Below are positions 7,661 through 16,412 of a stretch of 27,646 nucleotides of DNA, in pieces. The stretch is taken from assembly GCA_044866005.1 (NCBI GenBank), contig JBIOTN010000134.1, positions 1 through 27,646 of the forward strand, written 5' to 3'. The notes beneath the pieces are model-generated. The model was not told where the DNA came from, did not search any database, and saw only the letters and a program-made list of their open reading frames with translations. Source of the DNA: Candidatus Rokuibacteriota bacterium (lineage in GTDB: Bacteria; Methylomirabilota; Methylomirabilia; Rokubacteriales; DASRDR01). The stretch's first letter is position 1. Each line of letters starts with the position of its first letter. Made by a program: the position numbers and the translations under genes.

Positions 7661-7688
7661 GCGGCGGGGTGTTACTGAGCGGCGGGGT
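7653..7688 (+). repeat. Perfect 18-bp tandem duplication GTTACTGAGCGGCGGGGT x2 spanning the barrel gene stop codon
   Basis: 7653-7670 and 7671-7688 are identical; TTGACA (7688-7693) overlaps the last base of the second copy. Confidence 0.9.
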
Positions 7689-7776
7689 TGACAGGCCACG
7701 GCTTTCGACCGACCCTGGTCGGGCGCAGAACCGCAGCATGCAGGCCACGTCGCGCACGCGGGGTTAGCGGGTCGAG

Positions 7777-8985
7777 ATGGCGGAGCCACGCGTCCGGATC
7801 GGCATCGTGGGGGCCCGGGCCGCGGCGGAGACCCACATCCGCGCGATGGCGCACCTGCGCGGGGCCCGGGCGGACGTCGTCGCGGTGGCCGCGGCGACCC
7901 GGGTCAGCGCCGAGGCCTTCGCGCGGCGCCACGGCGTGCCGGTCGCGCTCGACGATTACCGGGCGCTCGTGGAGCGCCCCGACGTCGACTGCGTGGACGT
8001 CTGCTGCCCGAACGACCTCCATCACCCGGTCGCCATCGCGGCGGCGCAGGCCGGCAAGCACGTGATCGTGGAGAAGCCGCTCACGGGCTACTTCGGCGCC
8101 GAGGGCGAGGAGATCGCGGGGACGCCTCGCGAAGCGATGCTCGCGGGCGCGCTCGCGAACGCCGACGCGGTGCTGGAGGCATGCCGGTCGGCCGGCGTGA
8201 CCCTCTGCTATGCCGAGAACATCGTGTACGCGCCGGCCATCGCGAAGCTCACGCGCCTGCTGGAGGTGAGCGGCGGGACGCTGCTCGACCTCCGCGCCGA
8301 AGAAGCCCACTCCGGGTCGATCGCCGCCTACTCGCGCCGCTGGCGCACCTCCGGCGGCGGCTCGCTCCTGCGCATGGGCTCCCACCCGATCGCGACGCTG
8401 CTCCACCTCAAGCACGTCGAAGGCCGGCTCCGCCTGGGCCGGCCGATCCGGGCCCGGAGCGTCGTCGCCGAGACCGCCGCCCTCACGCGCTTGCCGCGGG
8501 TCCAGGCCGAGCCGCGCCGCTATCTCCAGACCGGCTGGCAGGACGTGGAGGACTGGGCCTGCGCGCTCATCACCTTCGAAGACGGGACGCGCGGGACCGT
8601 CCTGGCCTCCGACGTCTCCCTCGGCGGCGTGAAGAACCTCGTGACCGCGTACATGTCCACGGGCGTGGCGCAGATCGCCATCAACCCGAACACGGGGATG
8701 CAGCTCTACGCGCCCGACGCGGGCGTCTGGGGCGAGGAGTACATCTCCGAGAAGGTGGAGACGCGGGCCGGCTGGCAGTTCCCGAACCCGGTGGAGCACT
8801 GGATGCGCGGCTATGCCGAGGAGCTCACCGACTTCGTGGAGGCGATCGCCGGACGCCGCCAGCCGGTGAGCGGGGGCGACCTCGCCCGCGAGACGGTCGA
8901 GGTGATCTACGCCGGCTATCTCTCCGCGGCGACCGGGAACCGGGTGGCGCTGCCAGAGCGCGCCGCCCCCCCGACCCCCCGGTGA
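7777..8985 (+). CDS. Gfo/Idh/MocA family NAD(P)-dependent oxidoreductase
   Basis: RIGIVGA Rossmann start, VDVCCPNDLH, AGKHVIVEKP, GGGSLLRMGSHP, VEDW. Confidence 0.92.
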   Translation: MAEPRVRIGIVGARAAAETHIRAMAHLRGARADVVAVAAATRVSAEAFARRHGVPVALDDYRALVERPDVDCVDVCCPNDLHHPVAIAAAQAGKHVIVEKPLTGYFGAEGEEIAGTPREAMLAGALANADAVLEACRSAGVTLCYAENIVYAPAIAKLTRLLEVSGGTLLDLRAEEAHSGSIAAYSRRWRTSGGGSLLRMGSHPIATLLHLKHVEGRLRLGRPIRARSVVAETAALTRLPRVQAEPRRYLQTGWQDVEDWACALITFEDGTRGTVLASDVSLGGVKNLVTAYMSTGVAQIAINPNTGMQLYAPDAGVWGEEYISEKVETRAGWQFPNPVEHWMRGYAEELTDFVEAIAGRRQPVSGGDLARETVEVIYAGYLSAATGNRVALPERAAPPTPR

Positions 8986-9974
8986 AGCTCGGCTTCATTC
9001 CGACCGAAGGCGGGGCCTTCTACCGCGAAGCGCTCGCCGAGGTGGAGCGAGGCGAGGCGCTCGGCTTCGACTCCGTGTGGATGGAAGAGCACCACGGGGT
9101 CCGCGACCACTACTGGCCCTCCCCGCTCCCCGTCCTCGCCGGCTTCGCGACCCGCACCTCCCGCGTCCTGCTGGGGACCGACATCGCCGTGCTCCCCTTC
9201 TACGATCCGGTCCGGGCCGCCGAGGACGCGGCGCTCCTCGACGTGATCTCCGGCGGTCGCTTCGTCTTCGGGGTCGCCATCGGGTACCGGCCCGACGAGT
9301 TCGCGCTCTACCGGACGCCGCTCGAGGGCCGCGGCCGCCGCTTCGAGGAAGCCCTCGCGGTCATGCGCGCCCTCTGGACGCAGGACGGCGTGACCCACCC
9401 GGGCCCGCACTACCCGCTGCACGACGCGCGGATCGAGCCGAAACCGGTCCAGAAACCCCATCCCCCCCTCTGGCTCGGCGGCTGGGGGGAGCTGGCGCTA
9501 CGCCGCGCGGCCCGGCTGGGCGACGCCTGGCTGCCCGGGCCGACCGCCAACCTCGCGAAGCTGCTGGACGCCAAGGCGGCGTACCAGCGCGAGCTCGCCG
9601 CGGCCGGCCGACCGGCGCCGGAGGCCTGGCCGCTCACCCGCGACACGGTGATCGCGGACAGCGACGCGCGGGCCGTGGAGCTGGCGGAGCGACACCTCCT
9701 GGTGAACTACCGGGACGAGTACGCCGGCGGGAAGTGGAAGCACCCGCTCATCGGCGGAGAGGACGCCACGCCGGTGGATCGCCTCGACGCGCTCGGCCGG
9801 GATCGGTTCATCGTGGGCGGACCCGAGCGCTGCATCGCGCAGCTCCGGCGCTTCGTCGAGGCCTTCGGCGCCAACCACCTGATCTTCCGGCTCTACTTCC
9901 CGGGCATGCCCCACGCCCACATCCTGCGCGAGCTGGAGCTGCTGAGCCGCGAGGTGCTGCCGGCCTTTCGCTGA
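8982..9974 (+). CDS. LLM (luciferase-like) class flavin-dependent oxidoreductase
   Basis: GTGA overlap with the upstream stop. Motifs GFDSVWMEEHH, AEDAALLDVISGGR, PKPVQKPHPPLWLGG. Confidence 0.92.
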   Translation: MKLGFIPTEGGAFYREALAEVERGEALGFDSVWMEEHHGVRDHYWPSPLPVLAGFATRTSRVLLGTDIAVLPFYDPVRAAEDAALLDVISGGRFVFGVAIGYRPDEFALYRTPLEGRGRRFEEALAVMRALWTQDGVTHPGPHYPLHDARIEPKPVQKPHPPLWLGGWGELALRRAARLGDAWLPGPTANLAKLLDAKAAYQRELAAAGRPAPEAWPLTRDTVIADSDARAVELAERHLLVNYRDEYAGGKWKHPLIGGEDATPVDRLDALGRDRFIVGGPERCIAQLRRFVEAFGANHLIFRLYFPGMPHAHILRELELLSREVLPAFR

Positions 9975-9983
9975 CCGGGCGGA

Positions 9984-10397
9984 TCACTTCGAGGGGCTCA
10001 GCGCCACGGGCCCCGAGCCGAGGAAGAGGACGGCCAGCGTCGCCGCCAGGAGCAGCAGCGAGTACTCGTAGCCGGCCGTGATCGCGCGTCCGGCCGGCCC
10101 GTCCACGACGACGCCGCGCAGGAAGAAGCCCTCGGCGAGGTGGAGCTTCACCAGGACCACGGCGGTGACCAGCGCGGTGAGCGCCGCGGCCCAGCGGCTG
10201 ACGATCCCCAGGAGCAGCAGGAGCCCGCCCATGGCGTAGGCCAGCACGAGCCCGGCGGCCACCATGGTCGGCGCGGCGACGCCGGCCAGCGTCGCGCTGA
10301 TCCGGGCGGCGCCGCCCGGCCGCGTCGCGAGGTAGGCGTGCATGAGGTAGATCGCGCCGACCGTGATTCTCAGAATCGTGATCCCGTAGAGCTTCAT
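9984..10397 (-). CDS. DoxX family membrane protein
   Basis: ATG at 10397 (ATGA overlap): MKLYGITILRITVGAIYLMH...GGLLLLLGIVSRWAA...H...GYEYSLLL...GSGPVAL. Confidence 0.85.
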   Translation of the reverse strand: MKLYGITILRITVGAIYLMHAYLATRPGGAARISATLAGVAAPTMVAAGLVLAYAMGGLLLLLGIVSRWAAALTALVTAVVLVKLHLAEGFFLRGVVVDGPAGRAITAGYEYSLLLLAATLAVLFLGSGPVALSPSK

Positions 10398-11329
10398 CGC
10401 GACACTCCGGGCACGAGCTCCTGCGCGAAGCGTTCCACGCACTCGAGCTCGTCGAAGACGGGGTTGAGGAGGATCAGCGCCGCGCCGGCCGCGCGGACCG
10501 CCCGCAGCCCTTCCAGGCACTCGTCCACGCCGCCCACCACCGCGACCTGGTCGGCCAGCGCGGCCTTCCCGTAGAACCACCCGAACCACTCGCGCAGCCG
10601 CTCGAGCCCCCGGCGCCGGTCGGGGTCGATGAGCAGGTAGACCCGCTTGGCGATGGCAAAGCCGGCGGGGTCCCGCTTCGCCTCCTCGAGACCGCGCCGC
10701 ACGTGGGCCACCTGCGTCGTGAAGTCGGGCGTGGAGCTGGATCCGGCGCCGATGAACCCGTCGCCGAGCGCCACCGCGCGCGCCAGCGCCTGCGGATGGT
10801 GCCCGCCGAACCAGATCGGTGGGTGCGGCTTCTGGATGGGCTTCGGCGCCATCGCGGCGTTCTCGAGCTTCCAGAAGCGTCCCTCGAAGGTCACCCGGTC
10901 CTGGGTCCAGAGGCGCTTCATGAGCTCGAGCCCTTCGGTGAAGCGGCCGACCCGGTGCTCGGGCGCGAGGCCGAAGGCCGGGTAGATCCGCGTGTTGCCG
11001 CCGAGGCCGATGCCGGCGATGAGCCGCCCGCCGCTCAGCTGATCGAGGCTCGCCAGGCTCTTGGCGAGCTGCACGGGACTCCGGAGCGGCGTGAGGAGCA
11101 CCGCCGAGCCGAGGCGGACCCGGCGGGTGAGGGCGGCGGCATACGCGAGCAGCGTGACGGGCTCGAGGCTCGAGGCCACGCCGAGCATCTGCTCCTGGAC
11201 CCAGACGCTGTGGTAGCCGAGGGCGTCGGCCCGACCGAGAAACGTCTGGAGCGCGGCGAGGTCGGCGTGGGGCCGGCTGAAGATCTGCGGAATCGCGATC
11301 GCGAACTGGACCCGACCGCCTGCGCTCAT
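10394..11329 (-). CDS. LLM class flavin-dependent oxidoreductase
   Basis: GYHSVWVQEQ, LAKSLASLDQLSGGRL, PKPIQKPHPPIWFGG. SD GAGGAGGTG lies 6 nt before ATG 11329, which is preferred over GTG 11338. Confidence 0.9.
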   Translation of the reverse strand: MSAGGRVQFAIAIPQIFSRPHADLAALQTFLGRADALGYHSVWVQEQMLGVASSLEPVTLLAYAAALTRRVRLGSAVLLTPLRSPVQLAKSLASLDQLSGGRLIAGIGLGGNTRIYPAFGLAPEHRVGRFTEGLELMKRLWTQDRVTFEGRFWKLENAAMAPKPIQKPHPPIWFGGHHPQALARAVALGDGFIGAGSSSTPDFTTQVAHVRRGLEEAKRDPAGFAIAKRVYLLIDPDRRRGLERLREWFGWFYGKAALADQVAVVGGVDECLEGLRAVRAAGAALILLNPVFDELECVERFAQELVPGVSR

Positions 11330-11445
11330 CCGGGGCACCTCCTCGGTCGGCGGCGGCGATCCGTCGCCGCGGCGCGGGCGTCGCGCCCCGGCCGGGGCGG
11401 GCGAGCGGGCACGGCGTCCGAATCAGGAGCCTAGCAGGAAACGGC

Positions 11446-13929
11446 GTGCCGACCGCCAGGAAATCCGAAAACGCCGTACAATGGGACGCCGTGCGCGCGA
11501 AGGTGGTCTTCTGGGCTCTCCTCGCCGCGGCGCTGCTGGTCGGCGCCCGGGCCACTCTCGACCAGGCCCAGCGCGTGGGCCGTCCGTTCGCCGGCTTCAT
11601 GGTGCTGGAGAACCTGCTGGTCGCGGCGGGCGGGGCGGAACGTGGCGGGCTCGAGCCGTTCGACCTCGTCCGCGCGATGGACGGGCAGGTCCTGAGCTCG
11701 GCTCGCCAGATCCAGGCCGAGGTCGCGCGCCACCCCGTCGGCACGCGCATCCACTACATCCTCTACCGCCGCGGCCAACTGGTCGAGGCCGACGTGCCCA
11801 CGCGCGCGACCACGGCGACGGACTTCCGCCGCTACGTGATCGAGGGGCTGCTCGCCGGTCTCCTCGTCCTGGGCCTGGGCGCCGTGGTGTTCTGGCTCCA
11901 GCCGGCCTTGCCGCGCAGCCGGCTGTTTCTCGCATTCTGCCTGGGTTGGTTCGCCATCAACGTCACGTACGCCGACGCCCACACGACGTACCGGCTCACC
12001 CCCCTCTTCCTGACCGCCTGGGCCTTTTCGCCCGCCTTCTTCCTGCACCTCGCGCTCACGTTCCCTCAGCGCCGGACGATCGTCCGACGGATCCCGTGGA
12101 TCGTCTGGCTCCCCTACGTGGCCTCCGCGGTCGTGGCCGCTCTGCTCCAGATCCCCGTGCATGCCGAGCGGGCCGTCCGTGTCGCGCTCATCGCCGGGGC
12201 CGGCGCGTTCTACTGGGGCCTCGCCCTCCTCCTCCTGGTCGCGGCGCTCGCGCGGACCAGCATCGCCGGGCCGACGCCGCTGGCGCGCCAGCGGGGCCGC
12301 GTGCTGGCCGGCGGGTTCGCCGTCGGTTATCTGCCGGGGGTGCTCGGCACGGCCGTCGAGGCGGTGGCCCGCGTGCCGGTGCCCTATCTCGACGAGGCCT
12401 GGAAGCTCGCCTTCGTGTTCCCCGTCGCCGTGGCGTATGCCATGGTCCGGTACAACCTCTTCGACGTGCGCGCGGCGCTCCGCCTCGGCACGATCTACTC
12501 GGCCGTGACGGGGCTGGTCGTGCTCGCCTACGCGGGTGCCATTGCCCTCCTGGACCTCGTCTTCACGAGCCTCCAGCTCGGGAGCTCGCCCATCGTCGCG
12601 GCGGCCGTCGTCGCGATCGGGGTCGTGGCCTTCCTCAACCCCGTGTACGAGCGGACCCAGCAGGTCGTCGACCGCGTGTTCTTCCGCGACCGCGCCGACG
12701 TCCAGCGGTCGCTGGAGCGCGTCTCGGACGTGATGATCAGCCTGCTCGACCTTGGCCGCATCGTCACGCTGATCCGCGGGACGATCGAGGACCTGTTCCA
12801 TCCCGTCCATCAGGTCCTGCTGCTCCACGACGAGACCCGGCAGGCGTACGTGCCGGCGGACGCATTCGCGCGCGACGCCCCGCCGGTCGCGTACGATTCC
12901 CCGCTGGTGGTCTGCCTGGGACGGCTCCGCGTCCCGGTGACGCGCGAGCGTCTGGAGGAGGATCCCGAGCTGGCGGCGGACCGCGAGCGCGGCCTCGCGG
13001 AGCTGCGGGCGCTCCGTGCCGAGCTGGTCGTGCCGGTCTTCTTCCGCGATCGAATCACCGGGCTCCTGGCCGTCGGCCCGAAGCGCTCGGACGCGGCGTA
13101 CACGACGGAAGACCTCCGCCTCTTGCGCATCCTGGTGAACCAGAGCGCGGTCGCCCTGGAGCACGCGAAGGCCTACACCGCGCTCCAGGCCGCGAACGTC
13201 GAGTTGAAGGCGGCGCTGGAGCGCGTGGAGATCCTGGAGAGCATCCGGGCGAGCCTCGCGAAGTTCGTGCCGCGCACCGTCCAGACCCTGATCGAGCGGG
13301 CGCCGGCCGCGCCGGAGCTGGAGAAGCGGGAGGCCGACGTCTCGGTGCTGTTCGTGGACATCGTCGGGTACACGCGCCTGACCGAGCGCCTCGATCCCGA
13401 GCGCGTGAACTTCCTGATCGAGCGCTACTTCGGCTCCTATCTCGACGAGATCCTCCGCCGTGGCGGCGACGTCAACGAGACCGCCGGCGACGGGCTGATG
13501 GTGGTCTTCCAGGATCCCGACCCGCGGCGCCACGCGCGCGCCGCCGTGAAGACCGCGCTGGCCATCCTCCGGCGCACACGCGAGATCAACGCGGAGCTTC
13601 AGCTGGTAGAGCCGATCTCGGTGCACGTCGGGGTCAACTCGGGCGTCGCGACGGTCGGGGCGACGAAGATCGAGGGCCGCGCGGGGACACGCTGGACCTA
13701 CACGGCCTCGGGCCAGGTCACGAACGTGGCCGCCCGGCTGGCCGCCCTCGGCGACGGGGACTGCCTCCTGGTGGGCGCGGTGGGGTGGAGCCGGCTGGCG
13801 GAGGAGTTTCCCTTCCAGGACCTGGGGGAGCAGCGCCTCAGGAACGTCGAGCAGCCCGTGCGCGTCTTTCGCCTGGACGCCTCGGTCGCCGCGCCCGCCG
13901 CGGCCGAGGCGCCTCGCTCAGCGGTCTGA
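11446..13929 (+). CDS. Membrane class III nucleotidyl cyclase: extracytoplasmic PDZ-like domain, multi-TM region, GAF, coiled coil, cyclase
   Basis: PDZ-like GGLEPFDLVRAMDG...YRRG; FFLHLALTFP; YAMVRYNLFDV; GAF GLLAVGPKRSDAAYTTEDLRLL; cyclase VLFVDIVGYT, NETAGDGLMVVF, HVGVNSG, YTASGQVTNVAARL, LRNV. Confidence 0.9.
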   Translation: MPTARKSENAVQWDAVRAKVVFWALLAAALLVGARATLDQAQRVGRPFAGFMVLENLLVAAGGAERGGLEPFDLVRAMDGQVLSSARQIQAEVARHPVGTRIHYILYRRGQLVEADVPTRATTATDFRRYVIEGLLAGLLVLGLGAVVFWLQPALPRSRLFLAFCLGWFAINVTYADAHTTYRLTPLFLTAWAFSPAFFLHLALTFPQRRTIVRRIPWIVWLPYVASAVVAALLQIPVHAERAVRVALIAGAGAFYWGLALLLLVAALARTSIAGPTPLARQRGRVLAGGFAVGYLPGVLGTAVEAVARVPVPYLDEAWKLAFVFPVAVAYAMVRYNLFDVRAALRLGTIYSAVTGLVVLAYAGAIALLDLVFTSLQLGSSPIVAAAVVAIGVVAFLNPVYERTQQVVDRVFFRDRADVQRSLERVSDVMISLLDLGRIVTLIRGTIEDLFHPVHQVLLLHDETRQAYVPADAFARDAPPVAYDSPLVVCLGRLRVPVTRERLEEDPELAADRERGLAELRALRAELVVPVFFRDRITGLLAVGPKRSDAAYTTEDLRLLRILVNQSAVALEHAKAYTALQAANVELKAALERVEILESIRASLAKFVPRTVQTLIERAPAAPELEKREADVSVLFVDIVGYTRLTERLDPERVNFLIERYFGSYLDEILRRGGDVNETAGDGLMVVFQDPDPRRHARAAVKTALAILRRTREINAELQLVEPISVHVGVNSGVATVGATKIEGRAGTRWTYTASGQVTNVAARLAALGDGDCLLVGAVGWSRLAEEFPFQDLGEQRLRNVEQPVRVFRLDASVAAPAAAEAPRSAV

Positions 13930-14002
13930 TCGAGCCGGCCGCGGCAGGGTCGAGGAGTCCCCGGGGGGTGTTCACGGGGGGGCCGCGCCCCCTGCTGATG
14001 AT

Positions 14003-14566
14003 CTAGCCTCTGCCCATCGACCAGAAGTCGGCGCCGAAGCGGTCCCACGGCAGCCGCCACTCGTCCGTCTGATCGGGATCGGCGGAGAAGAGCCGGTTCA
14101 CCGCGTAGAGCATCGGCTGGGGGCGAGGCGTGAGGTTCGCCACGCCGTGCGCCACCCCGCGGGGAATCAGCAGGCGCTGGCAGCGGCCCGCGCCGAGCGT
14201 CAGCCGCTGACGCTGCGAAGCGGTCGGGGAATCGCGGCGGAGGTCCACCAGGCCTACGAGGAGGGTCGCATCCGGGGGGACGATCCAGAGGTCGTCCTGG
14301 CCGAGGTGGACGTGCCAGGCCTTCACGGCGCCCGATTCGACGAGGCTCCAGTTCCACTGGACGGGCCGGAAGCCGGCGAGGCCCGCCACCTGCCCGGCGG
14401 CGTCCAGCCGGACCAGCTCGGCCAGGAGACCGTCCGAGCTCCGGAAGACCGGCAGCTCCGCCAGGCTCACGCCGGCGATCGGCGGGGCAGCGGCGTAGGA
14501 TTGACGGACGAGATCGCGCGCCGCCTCGTCGACGAGGTCCTTCGGCGTGAGAGGCATCGGCTCCAT
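14003..14566 (-). CDS. dTDP-4-dehydrorhamnose 3,5-epimerase (RmlC)-like cupin
   Basis: IAGV, DGLLAE, QWNWS, GAVKAWHVH, LVDLRRDSPT, LLIPRGVAHG, plus a GGAG SD. Confidence 0.82.
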   Translation of the reverse strand: MEPMPLTPKDLVDEAARDLVRQSYAAAPPIAGVSLAELPVFRSSDGLLAELVRLDAAGQVAGLAGFRPVQWNWSLVESGAVKAWHVHLGQDDLWIVPPDATLLVGLVDLRRDSPTASQRQRLTLGAGRCQRLLIPRGVAHGVANLTPRPQPMLYAVNRLFSADPDQTDEWRLPWDRFGADFWSMGRG

Positions 14567-14586
14567 GCGGGCTCCGTAGCCGCGGC

Positions 14587-14595
14587 ATTGTACCA
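14587..14595 (-). promoter_or_regulatory. Extended -10 promoter element for the RmlC-like gene
   Basis: Minus strand TGGTACAAT (TGn + TACAAT), 20 nt upstream of ATG 14566. Confidence 0.55.
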
Positions 14596-14688
14596 GCCGC
14601 GCCGCGGACGAGGCAAACCGGGGAGAATCGGCGCCGCCGCGGCGGGCGCCCGTGCCGTCGTTGCGCGCCGGGTAGCCGCGATGCGATC

Positions 14689-15450
14689 ATGGCGACGTCC
14701 ATGTCGGTCTTCCTGACCGCCGACGGCCTGCTCGCCCTCCTCGCGCTCACCGCGATGGAAGTCGTCCTCGGCATCGACAACGTCGTCTTCCTGGCGATCA
14801 TCTCGGGCAAGCTGCCGCGGCCTCAGCAGCCGCTGGCGCGGCGGGTCGGCCTCACGCTCGCGCTGGGCATCCGCATCCTCCTGCTCCTCACCATCTCCTG
14901 GATCATGGGGCTGACCGCCCCCCTCTTCACCCTGCTCGGGCGCGGCGTCTCGGGCCGTGACCTCATCCTCCTCGGGGGCGGGCTGTTCCTCATCTTCAAA
15001 GCGACCTGGGAGATCTACGACAAGCTCGAGGCCGAGCATCCCGAGGGGGTCGGCCCCGGGCGCCGCGGCGCCTTCGCCCTCGTGCTGCTCCAGATCCTCC
15101 TGCTGGACGTCGTGTTCTCGCTGGACTCCGTGATCACCGCCGTCGGCATGGCCAACGACCTCCCGGTGATGATCGCCGCGATGGTCCTCGCCATGCTGGT
15201 GATGCTCGTCTCCGCCAGCCCGATCAGCGGCTTCGTGGAGCGGCACCCCAGCGTCAAGCTCCTCGCGCTGTCGTTCCTGCTGCTGATCGGCGTCATGCTG
15301 GTGGCCGAGGGGATGGGAACCCACGTGGAGAAGGGATACGTCTACTTCGCGATGGCGTTCTCGCTCTTCGTCGAGCTGCTCAACATGCGTTATCGCAAGC
15401 GGCGCCGCCCGGTGGCGCTGCGCCGCCGTTTCGAGGAGACGCGCGCCTGA
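14689..15450 (+). CDS. TerC family membrane protein
   Basis: LTAMEVVLGIDNVVFLAI, GRDLILLGGGLFLIFKATWEI, LDVVFSLDSVITAVGM, KGYVYFAMAFS. Alternative start ATG 14701. Confidence 0.95.
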   Translation: MATSMSVFLTADGLLALLALTAMEVVLGIDNVVFLAIISGKLPRPQQPLARRVGLTLALGIRILLLLTISWIMGLTAPLFTLLGRGVSGRDLILLGGGLFLIFKATWEIYDKLEAEHPEGVGPGRRGAFALVLLQILLLDVVFSLDSVITAVGMANDLPVMIAAMVLAMLVMLVSASPISGFVERHPSVKLLALSFLLLIGVMLVAEGMGTHVEKGYVYFAMAFSLFVELLNMRYRKRRRPVALRRRFEETRA

Positions 15451-15511
15451 GGGGTGGCCAGCGGGCGACTGCGCGGGGAGGCCGGACCCCAGGCCAGGAC
15501 GGGAGGGCGAG

Positions 15512-15814
15512 ATGGCTGGTGTGCTGACAGTGGTCGCGAGGATCTACCCCAAGGCCGACAAGCAAGCGGAGGTCGAGCGTCTCGTCATCCAGATGGCGGA
15601 CGCCGTGAGGAAGGCCGAGCCGGACTGCCTCGTCTACCGGCCCCACCGAAAGGACACGGAGCCGACCGCGTTCCTCTTCTACGAACAGTACCGGACGGAC
15701 GCGGCCTTCGAGTTTCACCGGGCGGCGCCCCATCTGGCCGAGTACCGGGAGCAGCTCAAGCAGCTCGTCGGCCGGCCGCCGGAGATCGAGATCTACCGGG
15801 CGCTCACCGAGTAG
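15512..15814 (+). CDS. Antibiotic biosynthesis monooxygenase (ABM)/putative quinol monooxygenase family protein
   Basis: EPDCLVY, FLFYEQY, AFEFHRAAPH; about 100 aa; GGAGGG SD. Confidence 0.88.
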   Translation: MAGVLTVVARIYPKADKQAEVERLVIQMADAVRKAEPDCLVYRPHRKDTEPTAFLFYEQYRTDAAFEFHRAAPHLAEYREQLKQLVGRPPEIEIYRALTE

Positions 15815-15900
15815 CGTTTCGGTGGATTCCCGGAGAGCCCCCGATGCCCCTCCTCCGCGGGCTGGGCGGGCGGGCCGGCGGCCACGCCGCCGCTCGGGCA

Positions 15901-16362
15901 TCAGCCGCGCGCCTGCCAGGCCTCCCGGTCGTCCACCGCGATCATCGTGGCGAGCATCGCGACCACCGGTTTTTCGGTGCCGTCGGTCAGCGAGGCGACC
16001 TCGGCGGCGCAGACCGTCAGGACACGGCCCGGCTTCGTGACGCGCCCGCGCGCGATCAGGCGGTCGCCGCGGGCCGGCGAGAGGAAGCTCACCTTGTACT
16101 CCACGGTCAGGACCGTGAGGTCGGCCGGCATGAGGCTCATCGCGGCGTAGCCGCAGGCCACGTCGGCGATGGCCGTGAGGACGGCCGCGGCCATGAACCC
16201 GTGGTGCTGGGTGAGGTCCTCGCGGAACGGCAGCTCGATCTCGACGTCGCCGGGCGAGACGCGGCCCAGGCTCGCCCCGATCGTCTTCATGAGGGGGAGG
16301 CGCGCGAAGCTGGCGCGCACGCGCGCCTCGAAGCCGGGATCCCGCGGCTCGAAGCGGGTCAC
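15901..16362 (-). CDS. PaaI family hotdog-fold thioesterase
   Basis: LTQHHGFMAAAVLTAIADVACGYAA, TVEYKVSFLSPA, GRVTKPGR. Confidence 0.88.
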   Translation of the reverse strand: MTRFEPRDPGFEARVRASFARLPLMKTIGASLGRVSPGDVEIELPFREDLTQHHGFMAAAVLTAIADVACGYAAMSLMPADLTVLTVEYKVSFLSPARGDRLIARGRVTKPGRVLTVCAAEVASLTDGTEKPVVAMLATMIAVDDREAWQARG

Positions 16363-16412
16363 GAGGCGTCCTCAGCCGGCCATCGGCGCCGCCGACACGG
16401 GGCCCCGAGCGG

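Noticed and set aside
7653..7688. CRISPR array or att site
   Set aside because: Only two adjacent 18-bp copies with no spacer, and no cas, integrase or tRNA gene in the window.
13930..14002. Intrinsic terminator between the convergent cyclase and RmlC-like genes
   Set aside because: G/C runs allow several weak pairings, but there is no clean stem with a U-tract.
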